From Desulfomonilia bacterium (GTDB lineage Bacteria > Desulfobacterota > Desulfomonilia > UBA1062): a stretch of DNA of 64,000 nucleotides. Location of the stretch: contig CAXXDQ010000004.1 in the NCBI GenBank assembly GCA_963664325.2, forward strand, positions 863,693 through 927,692, given 5' to 3'. Both the position numbers and the translations under genes were made by a program. Positions 22,130 through 32,068 of the stretch are shown piece by piece; the first letter of the stretch is position 1, and each line of letters opens with the position of its first letter. The notes under the pieces were generated by a model. The model saw only the letters and a list, made by a program, of their open reading frames with translations, was not told the DNA's origin and did not search any database.

Positions 22130-23214
22130 TTATGAATGACTTTTTTCAAATTTGACCATGAAATCTGCAAGTTTCTGTGCACCCTCCACCGGCAGGGCAT
22201 TATACATGGAGGCCCTTATCCCGCCGACCGAACGGTGTCCCTTGAGACCGATAAGCTTTAGCTTGCCTGCCTCGGCAAGAAATTCCGTTTCAAGGTCTTC
22301 AGTGGGAAGTCTGAATGGTATATTCATTTTCGATCTGGAATTCTTCTGGACAGTTCCCTTGTAGAATGAGCTGTTGTCGATTACGTCATAAACAATAGCC
22401 GCCTTTTTGTTGTCGATTTTTTCCATTTCTGTCAGTCCGCCCAGGCCTATGATCCAGTTCATGACTTCATGGATCACGAAAATGCCGATGCACGGCGGTG
22501 TATTGTAGAGAGAGTTGTTTTCAGCATGAATCTTGTAGTCCAGCATTGTGGGAATACTTTCCGGCGCCTTGCCGATAAGATCTTCCCTTATTATAACCAG
22601 GGTTACTCCGGCGGGGCCTGCATTTTTCTGGGCGCCTGCGTAAATGAGTCCGAAATCGGATACGTTGATCTTTCTGGACAGTATATCTGATGACATGTCG
22701 CAGACCTTGGGGACGCTTCCGGTATCAGGGAAACTCTGCCACTGGGAGCCGTAGATGGTATTATTTGATGTGAGATGGCAGTAGGCAGCATCCTTTGTAA
22801 GCTTGAGCTCTGACAGCTCTGGAATTCTGACATATTTTTCTTCTTTGTTGAAGCTGCTATATTGACCCTGCCGACTTTTTTTGCTTCCTTGATTGCCTTT
22901 GAAGACCAGCTACCGGTATCGATGTAGTCGGCAACCTGGCCTTCTCCCAACAAATTAAGGGGTACCATGGAAAATTGCAGGCTTGCTCCACCCTGTAAAA
23001 ACAAGACTTTGTAATTATCAGGTATGCCCAGGACTTTTTTAACAAGATCGATTGTTTCATTTAGAAGTGATTCGAATTGTTTTGAGCGGTGGCTTACCTC
23101 CATTATAGACATGCCTGTGCCTGCAAAATTGATAACAGCCTTGCTTGTAGTCTCCAAAACCGGTTCAGGAAGAACCGCCGGGCCCGCATTAAAAATATAA
23201 ACGTCTCTACTCAT
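22130..23214 (-). CDS. serC: Phosphoserine aminotransferase (frameshift at about 22840)
   Basis: FNAGPAVLP, MEVSHRS, LQGGASLQF, DMSSD, YAGAQKNAGPAG, GHRSVGGIRAS. Confidence 0.93.
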
Positions 23215-23405
23215 AATATTCACCTCCTGCATTATTGTTAAAGGTTTTATATACCCAAAGAAACGCTAAATATAAAGACGAAAAAGAATTAAATAGAATC
23301 AGTAAGATAAATGCCGTACTTGACGGATTTGCATTAAGCTGGCAACCTCTGTCCTAGAATATTTTTCAATCCTTGCATCTGTTTTAATATCCTGGAGGTA
23401 TAGAT

Positions 23406-24518
23406 ATGAACAGAAAAGCTGTGATAATAGTTATATCAGTCATAGCGGCAATTATTGTTATAGTGCTCATCGGATACCTGCTTAAGGAAAAACCTGCTGC
23501 CCAAAAGGGGCTTCTCCCGGTGGTTAAAGAAAAGGCTGTCAAGTTGACTGAACCCCAGGTTGCAATTTCCGAAGAAGACCAGAAGGCAATGGGAATAAAA
23601 AAAACCGAGATCAGCAGGGTCAGTTTCAGGAAGACGGTAAAGATTCAAGGGAAGATCGATTATGACAGTGCAAACATCTCCGAAGTGGAAACCAATATAA
23701 AGGGAGTTGTGGAATCAGTTGCCGCCGAAGAGGGCAAATATGTTAAAAAAGGTGATCTGCTGGTTGAAATAAACAGCCCCGAAATCCTGGCGGCGCAGCA
23801 GGATTTGATTGCTGCGACAAGGTCCGGCGCCACATCAGGGGGGGATGAATCCTCTGCAGCGGCAGCAGAGACTGCAAGGAAAAAGCTCAGGCAGATGGGT
23901 ATACGTGATGATATTATAAGCCAGATTGAAAAAACAGGGACATATTCAAAGACTGTTAAGATCATGAGTCCGGTTACCGGATATATAGTAAAGAATTTTG
24001 TCAGTAAGGGAAGCCCGATTGCCGACGGCAACAAGCTGATTCAAATCGTAGATTTAAATTCAGTAATATTTACCGGTGAAGTGAATGATCAGGATGCTCC
24101 TCTTGTCAAACAGGGAGAGGAAGCAGAGATACTCATTGATGCCTATCCCGATAAGATATTCAAGACAAAGACCGAGGGCGTTATTCCTTCAGGCGTTGTT
24201 GGTAATCCTTCGATAGTGAAGATGCGTATTGCCAATGCTGATAACGGCCTGAAACCTGGAATGCAGGGTGCTGTTGAGATCAAAATCGATCTGGGGGCCA
24301 GGCTTGCCGTTCCAATGGAGGCAATAATCGACAAGGACGGCCGCAAGATAGCCTATGTCGAAACGGGTGAGGGAAAATTTGCTGCAAGGACAATCAGGAC
24401 AGGTATCAATTTTGAATCTCAAGTAGAGGTTATTGAAGGATTGAAGGAAGGTGAACTGGTTGTCTCATCCGGCCTGACCAAAGTTGATTCAGAGGCTGAA
24501 CGCCAAAGACAGCGCTGA
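23406..24518 (+). CDS. CusB-like RND periplasmic adaptor (membrane fusion protein)
   Basis: N-terminal TM anchor, VKKGDLL.EINSPE, SPVTG, LKPGM, EVIEGLKEGELVV. Confidence 0.85.
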   Translation: MNRKAVIIVISVIAAIIVIVLIGYLLKEKPAAQKGLLPVVKEKAVKLTEPQVAISEEDQKAMGIKKTEISRVSFRKTVKIQGKIDYDSANISEVETNIKGVVESVAAEEGKYVKKGDLLVEINSPEILAAQQDLIAATRSGATSGGDESSAAAAETARKKLRQMGIRDDIISQIEKTGTYSKTVKIMSPVTGYIVKNFVSKGSPIADGNKLIQIVDLNSVIFTGEVNDQDAPLVKQGEEAEILIDAYPDKIFKTKTEGVIPSGVVGNPSIVKMRIANADNGLKPGMQGAVEIKIDLGARLAVPMEAIIDKDGRKIAYVETGEGKFAARTIRTGINFESQVEVIEGLKEGELVVSSGLTKVDSEAERQRQR

Positions 24519-24533
24519 TTGCAGGAAAAATCA

Positions 24534-25145
24534 ATGCACAGGAAACAGCTTTATGCCAGGGCATACCTGCTGGCTGTTTTCACAATCGTGTATAATATTA
24601 TCGAAGGGATTTTTTCCGTTGGTTTCGGGCTTGCTGACGAGACTTTTTCTCTGTTCGGTTTCGGGCTGGATTCCTTTGTTGAGGTTATGTCCGGAGTGGG
24701 CGTCTGGCATATGATAAGGCGGATAATGGCGTCCGGAGATGAAAGCCCGGACACGTTTGAGCGCAGTTCTTTGAAAATTACAGGCGTGTCATTTTACATT
24801 CTCAGTGCAGGCCTTTGCTTTACCGGAATATACGGCTTTTTCGTGAGCCATAAACCTGAAACAACATTTTGGGGCATTGTCATTTCACTGGTTTCGATTT
24901 CAGCAATGTGGGTCCTTGCAAGCATGAAAATAGGAACCGGCAAGGCTCTGGGATCAGAAGCCATCCTTGCAGATGCGGAATGTACCAGGACATGCCTTAT
25001 CCTGTCGGTGGTGCTTCTTGGAGCGAGCCTTGGTTATGAACTGACAGGCATTGGAAGAATAGACAGCCTCGGGGCTGTTATTATTGCCGTTTTGGCATTC
25101 AGGGAAGGGAAAGAGGCTTTTGAAAAAGCAAGGGGACGCTCTTGA
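24534..25145 (+). CDS. TMEM163/CDF-like cation transporter (possible Sec read-through to 25181)
   Basis: YNIIEG, LFGFGLDSFVE, ILADAECT and EGKEAF motifs; about 6 TM helices. Confidence 0.8.
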   Translation: MHRKQLYARAYLLAVFTIVYNIIEGIFSVGFGLADETFSLFGFGLDSFVEVMSGVGVWHMIRRIMASGDESPDTFERSSLKITGVSFYILSAGLCFTGIYGFFVSHKPETTFWGIVISLVSISAMWVLASMKIGTGKALGSEAILADAECTRTCLILSVVLLGASLGYELTGIGRIDSLGAVIIAVLAFREGKEAFEKARGRS

Positions 25146-25181
25146 AACGATTCATGTCGCCGGTCCGGCAGCTCTCATTGA
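25143..25181 (+). other. Candidate Sec codon (UGA) plus bacterial SECIS-like hairpin
   Basis: TGA, 13 nt, then GCCG-GTC-CGGC stem-loop; read-through tail U-NDSCRRSGSSH; selB present in window. Confidence 0.45.
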
Positions 25182-25279
25182 CAATCAGCCATGAAAACGT
25201 CTTTTGGGAGCCTTCATGATTTTATTCTATATTTTGCCAATTGAATGCCTAGGATATATTCTCAATTCATCGTGGCCTT

Positions 25280-25322
25280 TTGACACGGGCCCTTCTATGG
25301 TATATTGAAAGTATAACTTAAC
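25280..25322 (+). promoter_or_regulatory. Sigma70-type promoter with overlapping putative operator for the MerR-family gene
   Basis: TTGACA-17 nt-TATTGA, then ttgaaagtataacttaac, similar to the fadH upstream palindrome. Confidence 0.5.
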
Positions 25323-25339
25323 ACTCTAAAGAGGGAATC

Positions 25340-26026
25340 TTGGGAACTAAAATCAGCGATATTTCAAAAAAGAGCGGAGTAGCCGCTTCGACAATACGCT
25401 ATTATGTGAGGGAAGGACTGTTGCCTGAACCTGAAAGAAAGAACAGGAATATGTCCTACTATGACGAAGCCTGCATAGAAAGAATAAAGACGGTCAGGCA
25501 TTTTCAGGAAAAGAAGTTTTATCCCCTTACCGTTATCAGAAATATCATGAGAAGAATGGACGATGGGATGAGCGCTGTTGAGGCCGAGGCCATTGAACAT
25601 GCCGTTTTCGGGGAAGGTGCAGATACCGTTGCAGGCAGGTCTGAATTTCTCAAGAAAACAGGTCTTACCGAGGAAGAGCTGAAAGCGGCAGAAAGCGCCG
25701 GCCTGCTTATGCCGTTTGTACAGGAAGGTAAGAAACGCTTGTACGATGCCGACGACATCAGATTCGGCGGCATAATAAAAAGGATGCGTGAATTTGGAAT
25801 AGATATGGACAGCCTGAGTTTCTATGTCGAAATTGGCAATGCTCTCATGGAACGGGAGATGGCCTTGAGGAAGGATGTCGTCAGGGGCAGATCAAAAGAG
25901 GAAAACATCCGTATAACTTCGGAAATCACCAGGGCTGCCGACACCATAAGGGGGTATGTCCTGAAAAGGCTCTTCCAGCGCACGGTTGAAGATAATATCA
26001 GGAAGAGCCTGTTAAAGAAAAAATAA
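25340..26026 (+). CDS. MerR-family transcriptional regulator with two HTH-like repeats
   Basis: KISDISKKSGVAASTIRYYVREGLLP; second MerR-like unit TGLTEEELKAAESAGLL...YDADD. Confidence 0.88.
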   Translation: MGTKISDISKKSGVAASTIRYYVREGLLPEPERKNRNMSYYDEACIERIKTVRHFQEKKFYPLTVIRNIMRRMDDGMSAVEAEAIEHAVFGEGADTVAGRSEFLKKTGLTEEELKAAESAGLLMPFVQEGKKRLYDADDIRFGGIIKRMREFGIDMDSLSFYVEIGNALMEREMALRKDVVRGRSKEENIRITSEITRAADTIRGYVLKRLFQRTVEDNIRKSLLKKK

Positions 26027-26027
26027 A

Positions 26028-28025
26028 TCAGCCCAAATTCCTGGCGGCAAAAAACCCTTCCCTGATTGCGTCTATGGCCTTTCGCGGTTTTTTTGCATCT
26101 CCCGCCGGAATTACATGTATTTTTTTATCGAGCTTTGAGGCGAGACTGTTTTCGCTCAGTGTTCCAGCTGCAATAACAACCGTATCGCAGTTGATAAACT
26201 CCTGTATGCCTCCCTTTTCGACAATTATGCCGTCAGGCAGTATCCTGGCCGCTTTGGTATCGGTCATGGTCTCGACGCCATAGCGTTTCAAGAGCTGGAG
26301 TTCCACCCATCTCGTTGATATGCCTATATCAGCTCCGAGTCTCGGGAGCATTTCAATAAGCCGGACTCTTTTTATCCCCGTTGTCGCAGCCTGGCGTAAA
26401 ACTTCGACATCTTCAGCGTTGTTCAGGAAAAGAAAAGCCAATGTGTCATTGTCTATGGTGCCCTTCTTGGCAAGGTATACGGCAGTTTCAATTCCCACGG
26501 CGCCGCCTCCGATAACAACTATGTCCTTTCCCGTATCTGTGTTGCCTGAGAGCACATCCCATGCCATTACCACGTTCCCGTTTTCCAAGCCAGGTATCGG
26601 CGGGATAAGAGGCTTGCCGCCGCAGGCTATGATCACCGTTTCCGGATTTTCCGCTGCAACGGTTTCGGGATCTATTTCAGTAGATGTCCTAATATCGCAT
26701 CCTGCATTTCTGGCCTGTCCCGCCATGACCTCTGCCAGCCTGATGAAGTCCCTTCTCTCCTCAAGCGCCCCTGCGATTTTCAGCTGACCGCCCAATTCCC
26801 CTGACTTTTCATAAAGGATAACTTTGTGTCCGCATAAAGCAGCCTCTTTTGCAGCAGCAAGTCCGGCCGGTCCACCCCCTGCAATGACGACCTTTTTGGG
26901 CGTTGCTGTTTTCATTGAAAGGGGCAGCTCTTTTTCCCTTCCCGCCCTGGGGTTGACCATGCATTCAATAGGCTTCAGTGAAAATACATGGTCCAGGCAT
27001 CCCTGATTGCACCCTATGCACGGGGTGATGTCGCCAAATCTTCCTTTAAATGCCTTTGCCGGCATGAAAGGGTCGGCTATCAGGCCCCTGGCAAAACCTA
27101 TGAGGTCTGCGGAACCTCTGGATAGGATCTCTTCTGCAAGGCCAACTCTCGTTATCCTGTTGCAGGCAATCACCGGTCTGGTTACCGCGCTTTTTATTCC
27201 CTGCGCCAGATAGGCATATGCTCCGGGGGGCACTTCCATTGGTATCTGCGGCACTCTTGTCTCATGCCATCCGCCGGTTACATTAAAGGCGTCCGCGCCC
27301 GCTTTCTCGAGTTCTGCGGCAAAGATCCTCGACTCTTTGTTCGTATGGCTGCCCGGGATAAAATCATTTCCGGCGATCCTGAATATCACAGGATATTCTT
27401 TCCCCACCGAATCTCGGACGGCCCTGGCAACCTCTAGACCGAAACGCATACGGCTGTTTATATCTCCTCCATACCCGTCCTTTCTGAAATTGGTAACAGG
27501 TGATAGAAACTGGGAGATTATATAGCCTGCGGAAGCTATTATTTCGACTGCATCAAATCCTGCAGCCTTTGTCCTGGCGGCGGCGGCAGCGTAGTTATCT
27601 ATTGTTCGCTTAATATCATTGATGCCCATCTCGCGCGGAACTTCCTTTGTCAGTCTTGATGCTACCGGAGAAGGCGCTATCGATTCCCTGCCTATAAGCG
27701 GTGAAAAGGCATACCTGCCTGCATGATAAAGCTGGGCCGCTATGCGGCAGCCGTTTATCCTGACGGCACCTGTTAGATTTTTGAGCCCCGGGATGAACTT
27801 GTCATGGCTCAGGCCAATAAGTTCACTGCCGCCGCTGTATTCGTCAATGCTGCAGCCGCCCACAATAATCAGCCCTGCGCCTCCTTCGGCACGCTCGGAA
27901 TAAAACGCCGTCAACCTGCCGGTGACATATCCGTCAGGTGTGTACATCAGGTGCATTGCAGGCATCACTATCCTGTTTTTCAGGTCCATGCCGCCGATTT
28001 TTATTGGCGAAAACAGTTTGGACAT
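26028..28025 (-). CDS. fadH: 2,4-dienoyl-CoA reductase / OYE-family NADH:flavin oxidoreductase
   Basis: LKNRIVMPAM, TGGWHETRVP, CIGCNQGCLDH 4Fe-4S motif, GGGPAG and GGGAVG. Confidence 0.85.
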   Translation of the reverse strand: MSKLFSPIKIGGMDLKNRIVMPAMHLMYTPDGYVTGRLTAFYSERAEGGAGLIIVGGCSIDEYSGGSELIGLSHDKFIPGLKNLTGAVRINGCRIAAQLYHAGRYAFSPLIGRESIAPSPVASRLTKEVPREMGINDIKRTIDNYAAAAARTKAAGFDAVEIIASAGYIISQFLSPVTNFRKDGYGGDINSRMRFGLEVARAVRDSVGKEYPVIFRIAGNDFIPGSHTNKESRIFAAELEKAGADAFNVTGGWHETRVPQIPMEVPPGAYAYLAQGIKSAVTRPVIACNRITRVGLAEEILSRGSADLIGFARGLIADPFMPAKAFKGRFGDITPCIGCNQGCLDHVFSLKPIECMVNPRAGREKELPLSMKTATPKKVVIAGGGPAGLAAAKEAALCGHKVILYEKSGELGGQLKIAGALEERRDFIRLAEVMAGQARNAGCDIRTSTEIDPETVAAENPETVIIACGGKPLIPPIPGLENGNVVMAWDVLSGNTDTGKDIVVIGGGAVGIETAVYLAKKGTIDNDTLAFLFLNNAEDVEVLRQAATTGIKRVRLIEMLPRLGADIGISTRWVELQLLKRYGVETMTDTKAARILPDGIIVEKGGIQEFINCDTVVIAAGTLSENSLASKLDKKIHVIPAGDAKKPRKAIDAIREGFFAARNLG

Positions 28026-28057
28026 ATCCACCTCCATATCCGGTTTTCTGATAATTA

Positions 28058-28109
28058 AAGTTTAAAGAATAACTTTAAACTTAATAGCAATAAGCTTGTT
28101 AAGTGTCAA
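28058..28109 (-). promoter_or_regulatory. fadH promoter (TTGACA-17-TATTAA) with downstream inverted-repeat operator
   Basis: -35 at 28109-28104, -10 at 28086-28081; palindrome aagtttaaag-N5-ctttaaactt at 28058-28082. Confidence 0.65.
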
Positions 28110-28251
28110 GTTGTTAATATTGAAATCCTGTTTGGACCGATTCGAAATCATTTACTCTTATCAGGGAAATTTATTACACCTCCTGATAGAAAGAATGTTC
28201 CATAATGTATAGGCAATATTATTAAGTTATGTTAAAATAGAAGGTTGAGAT

Positions 28252-28267
28252 TGGCATAAAAATTGAA
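28252..28267 (+). promoter_or_regulatory. Possible sigma54 promoter
   Basis: TGGCAT-AAAAA-TTGAA about 60 nt before the ATG; inverted repeat tatcagg..cctgata at 28159-28188 upstream; -12 box is non-consensus. Confidence 0.35.
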
Positions 28268-28328
28268 GATAATGTTTAAATGATTTCATACTTGGATTTC
28301 GAATATTAATAAAAAAGGGGATCTGCAT

Positions 28329-30659
28329 ATGAGGAAAAAACTTCTATCGGATGCTGTTCGAAGGAATTCGGCCGCTTATGCTTTTGTTTTGATAATATTG
28401 TCGATGGTTTTGGTTGCCGGTTGCAGCAGCGGTACGTCCAATGATGACGGCCCGATGCCCGGGGAAGCAAATAACGAAAGCGGCCTGGAATCCGGAACGG
28501 ATAAGAGCATATATGATTTCGCCAACAGCTGCTTTACGGTTTTATCTCAGAAGAGCGGCAGCTATATAAGCGTGACAGGATCTATGTATTCGTTTTCAAC
28601 GAGTGATGTGACCAAAGCAGAGCCCTTTTTCATGAAGCCGTCTGACCTGGGCGTATATATGTTTCAGGACAGCAGGGGCCGGTATCTCGATTCCTCCTTC
28701 GGTGATACAGTAATCAGCTATCCTGTGCCAAGGGTGAGTTCCGAATGGGAAATAGAAAGGATTGAAAGCGGTATTTTTGCAGTCAAGTCACACAGTGCGC
28801 AGAAATGGCTCAGTGCAGGAGAGGCTGGAAAACTCATGCTTTCAGAGGTGATGGATTCTTCCTGCCGTTTCCTGATCGAGCCGGGCAAGGGATGCAGCAC
28901 CTTCCCCGAATCGGAAGTGGATGCCGATGTTCAGATACCCGGCACCCCTGTCGGAGAAAAGATTGTGGGCTTTGCCGATCCCCATGTTCATATGACAGGT
29001 AACGAGGGTTTCGGCGGGAAGGTAGTCTGGGGGAAGATGTTCCACCCTCTCGGTATAACTAAGGCCCTGCCGGACTGTGCGGAACTGCACGGGAAAAACG
29101 GCAGCAAGGATATAATCGAATCTGTGGCAAACGGAACGACAGGGCATGACACAAGCGGGTGGCCGGATTTCAAATACTGGCCGGGCCCCGACTCACCGAC
29201 GCATCAGATGGTTTATTACAAATGGCTTGAACGGTCATGGACAGGGGGTTTGAGGCTGATGGTAAATCTCGCGGTCAACAATGAAGTGTTATGCAAGATT
29301 GCCGGTCAGATGCCGGGCTACACATGCGACGATATGAGCACGGTCGACAGGCAGCTTGTCCACATCAAGCAGATGGAGAGATATATAGATGCGCAGTGCG
29401 GCGGGCCGGGCAAGGGCTGGTTCAGGATAGTCTACTCACCCGAAGAGGCCAGGGAGGTGATCAGCAGAGGCAAGCTCGCTGTAATACTGGGTATAGAAGT
29501 CGCCACCATATTTGACATCCGCACCGACATTGATGAAATAAAATCGGAAACAACAAGGAAGGCTGAAATTCAGAAAGCTGAGGACATAATCACTTCTCAA
29601 CTCGACAAGTATTACAGCCTTGGAGTAAGGAGCATCTTCCCGATACATGGATTCAACAACGCTTTCGGCGGTACAGCGATGTTTGTCCCCGGGATATACA
29701 ACCTCGGGAACAGGATAAGAAACGGCGAGTATTTCAAGCCGTGCGAATGCCCTACTTCTGAGGAATATCCCGGCCTGCTTTCACCCACCGAGGTTTTCAC
29801 GTACAAGGAGCTGTCCATCACATATCCTGAAGGGTCCAACCCGTTCGTTGTGGCACTGTTCAACCTGCTGGGAATCGCACTCCCAGTTTACCCCGAATAT
29901 CCCGAGGGAAAGGCATACTGCAACTCAAGAGGGCTTACCGAACTTGGTGCGTTCTTCATAAAAGAGATGATTAAAAGGAAAATGATAATAGAGATCGATC
30001 ACATGAGCTTCAGGATGTTAAACGGCTATGTTGATGACAAAGTGCACGACGGGGTGCTCAAAATTGCGGAGGACAATGACTACCCGATCGTCTCCAGCCA
30101 TGCCGCTGTCGTAGAAGGCAAGGGTGACGAGGCCAGCAAGTCGATTGATGAGATCAGGCGTATACACAGGCTCGGTGGGATTGTGGCCCCGATACTGATA
30201 CAGGGTGATGAAAGAATTCAAAATCAATACATAGACGGCCCGTATTGCAAGATATCATCGAGGAACTGGGCTAATGTATATAAATATATATGCAATGTAA
30301 TCGAAGAAGACGGGGATTTTGCTGGTGTTCCCCTGAGCACGGATGTCAACGGATTCGCTACGGAGCCTTCACCCCGTTTTGGTGAAAAGGCATGCTCCGG
30401 CACCGGGGAGCAGATGAACGAGGCGCCGAAGGTCTCTTATCCTTTTGCGCCTTATGCCGGAACAGGAATTATCGATCATCTGAGAACCGGGAACAGAGTT
30501 TTCGACATAAACTATGACGGTCTGGCAAATTACGGCCTGATACCCGATTTCATACAGGAGGTCAGGAGTGTAGGCCTTACCGATGACGACCTTAAACCCC
30601 TTTTCAATTCCGCGGAGGCTTACATACGCATGTGGGAGAAGATCGAAAGCAGGCCGTAA
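28329..30659 (+). CDS. Lipoprotein with beta-trefoil-like N-domain and amidohydrolase (M19-like) domain, sphingolipid ceramide N-deacylase family
   Basis: Lipobox VAG-C; GFADPHVH, HDTSGWPDF, YYKWLERSWTGGLRLMVN, YIDAQCGGPGKGWFRIV, GKLAVILGIE, IDHMS, SSH, NSAEAYIRMW. Confidence 0.75.
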   Translation: MRKKLLSDAVRRNSAAYAFVLIILSMVLVAGCSSGTSNDDGPMPGEANNESGLESGTDKSIYDFANSCFTVLSQKSGSYISVTGSMYSFSTSDVTKAEPFFMKPSDLGVYMFQDSRGRYLDSSFGDTVISYPVPRVSSEWEIERIESGIFAVKSHSAQKWLSAGEAGKLMLSEVMDSSCRFLIEPGKGCSTFPESEVDADVQIPGTPVGEKIVGFADPHVHMTGNEGFGGKVVWGKMFHPLGITKALPDCAELHGKNGSKDIIESVANGTTGHDTSGWPDFKYWPGPDSPTHQMVYYKWLERSWTGGLRLMVNLAVNNEVLCKIAGQMPGYTCDDMSTVDRQLVHIKQMERYIDAQCGGPGKGWFRIVYSPEEAREVISRGKLAVILGIEVATIFDIRTDIDEIKSETTRKAEIQKAEDIITSQLDKYYSLGVRSIFPIHGFNNAFGGTAMFVPGIYNLGNRIRNGEYFKPCECPTSEEYPGLLSPTEVFTYKELSITYPEGSNPFVVALFNLLGIALPVYPEYPEGKAYCNSRGLTELGAFFIKEMIKRKMIIEIDHMSFRMLNGYVDDKVHDGVLKIAEDNDYPIVSSHAAVVEGKGDEASKSIDEIRRIHRLGGIVAPILIQGDERIQNQYIDGPYCKISSRNWANVYKYICNVIEEDGDFAGVPLSTDVNGFATEPSPRFGEKACSGTGEQMNEAPKVSYPFAPYAGTGIIDHLRTGNRVFDINYDGLANYGLIPDFIQEVRSVGLTDDDLKPLFNSAEAYIRMWEKIESRP

Positions 30660-30692
30660 CAGTATCAGGTCCTTGATAACAGGCAGGACTTT

Positions 30693-30726
30693 AAAACAGG
30701 CTGACCATAATGGTTGGCCTGTTTTT
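30693..30726 (+). terminator. Intrinsic terminator
   Basis: aaaacaggctgacca-taa-tggttggcctgttttt. Confidence 0.8.
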
Positions 30727-30843
30727 ATTTCCGGATATCCTGTCAGTTAATAAATATTTTCATATTCAATAGATGCTTGCTTCTTTTATAACATGGTAGT
30801 ATCAGGTTTACTTCATATCATTTGGAGGGGGTATTGAAGTATC

Positions 30844-31980
30844 ATGGGAAGAGACTCTATTGAGATCAGGGCAATAGCCTCTTCGAATACAAAACAGGCA
30901 GATGATTTTATCGCCCTGCCTTTTTCCATTTATAAAGACAACGACTGCTGGGTTCCCTGGTTCAACAATGATATGAAGCAATTCATAGACAGGAAACACC
31001 CGGTATTTGAGCATACTGATGGTGAATTTCTGGTTGCATACAAGAACGGTGCTCCTGCAGGCAGGATATTTGTTTTTGAAAACGGCGGATACAACAGTAC
31101 ACACAACAAAAACAGCGCATACTTTTTTTTCTGCGATTTCATCAATGACCAGGAAGTCGTTGACTCATTCATGGAAGAAGCCGTCAATTGGGCTAGGAAA
31201 AGAGGACTTGACAGCATAATAGGCCCGATAGGCTTTGGCGGTGTGTCTGGCTGCGGGTACCTTGTTCACGGATATGACAAACGTGCCGCCATGACCATGA
31301 TGATGTACAACCACGCTTATTATAATAAGCTGATCGAGGCTTTCGGCTTTTCAAAATATCTGGACAACTATTCCTATATCCTGCCTACATCAGCAGAACT
31401 GCCCCAGGCCATAAAAGACGCATCCGACAAGCTTTTGAGCAAGGGCGGGTTCAGCATCCTGCAGGCGAAAAGCAAAAAGGAGCTCGCCAGATGGGCGCCT
31501 TCGATAGTAGACGTATTCATCAAAACCCTGAGCGATCATGCAGGGAATTACAAACTTACGCCCAAAGAAATCGATTGCGTCGTCAAATCGCTCATGACAG
31601 TCGCACGGCCTGAACTCATAAAGGTCGTACTGCACAGCGAAAAAGTGGTGGGCTTCCTGCTGGGGTTCTATGATCTGTCAAAAGCCATTCAGAAGAGCAG
31701 GGGCCGTTTGAATCCGCTTTCAATAATCAGGCTTATCATGGAATATAATAAGACTGATGTGCTTTTGATAAACGGAATGGGCATATTGCCTGAATTTCAG
31801 GGTGTAGGAGCTAATATGCTTCTTTATTCGGAAATGGAAAAAACCATACGTGCACACCCGAAGTTCAAGCACCTTGAAATGGTCCAGATTCAGGAAGTGA
31901 CGGCAAAAATGCTGAGCAATGTAAATACGCTCAGAGGTGAAATAGCAAAGATTCACAGGATGTACGAATACAGACTCTAA
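30844..31980 (+). CDS. YghO/bacterial ceramide synthase-like GNAT-fold acyltransferase
   Basis: FIALPFSIYKDNDCWVP, HPVFEH, GRI, IIGP, GYLVHGYD, MMYNHAYY, MGILPEFQGVG, HRMYE. Confidence 0.7.
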   Translation: MGRDSIEIRAIASSNTKQADDFIALPFSIYKDNDCWVPWFNNDMKQFIDRKHPVFEHTDGEFLVAYKNGAPAGRIFVFENGGYNSTHNKNSAYFFFCDFINDQEVVDSFMEEAVNWARKRGLDSIIGPIGFGGVSGCGYLVHGYDKRAAMTMMMYNHAYYNKLIEAFGFSKYLDNYSYILPTSAELPQAIKDASDKLLSKGGFSILQAKSKKELARWAPSIVDVFIKTLSDHAGNYKLTPKEIDCVVKSLMTVARPELIKVVLHSEKVVGFLLGFYDLSKAIQKSRGRLNPLSIIRLIMEYNKTDVLLINGMGILPEFQGVGANMLLYSEMEKTIRAHPKFKHLEMVQIQEVTAKMLSNVNTLRGEIAKIHRMYEYRL

Positions 31981-32068
31981 GAAATATATAAATCTTCCGT
32001 AAACAAAAGATACACTGGAACTGCGTCTGCCCCTTGACTTCGATATTATGAACATATAGCCTGAAAAA

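Noticed and set aside
24516-24533. In-frame TGA joining the CusB-like ORF to the transporter ORF (possible Sec or read-through fusion)
   Set aside because: No SECIS-like hairpin with an apical G at the right distance, and a periplasmic adaptor C-terminus fused to the transporter N-terminus is topologically doubtful. Stop-then-TTG adjacency also occurs at 9819/9820 and 45062/45061.
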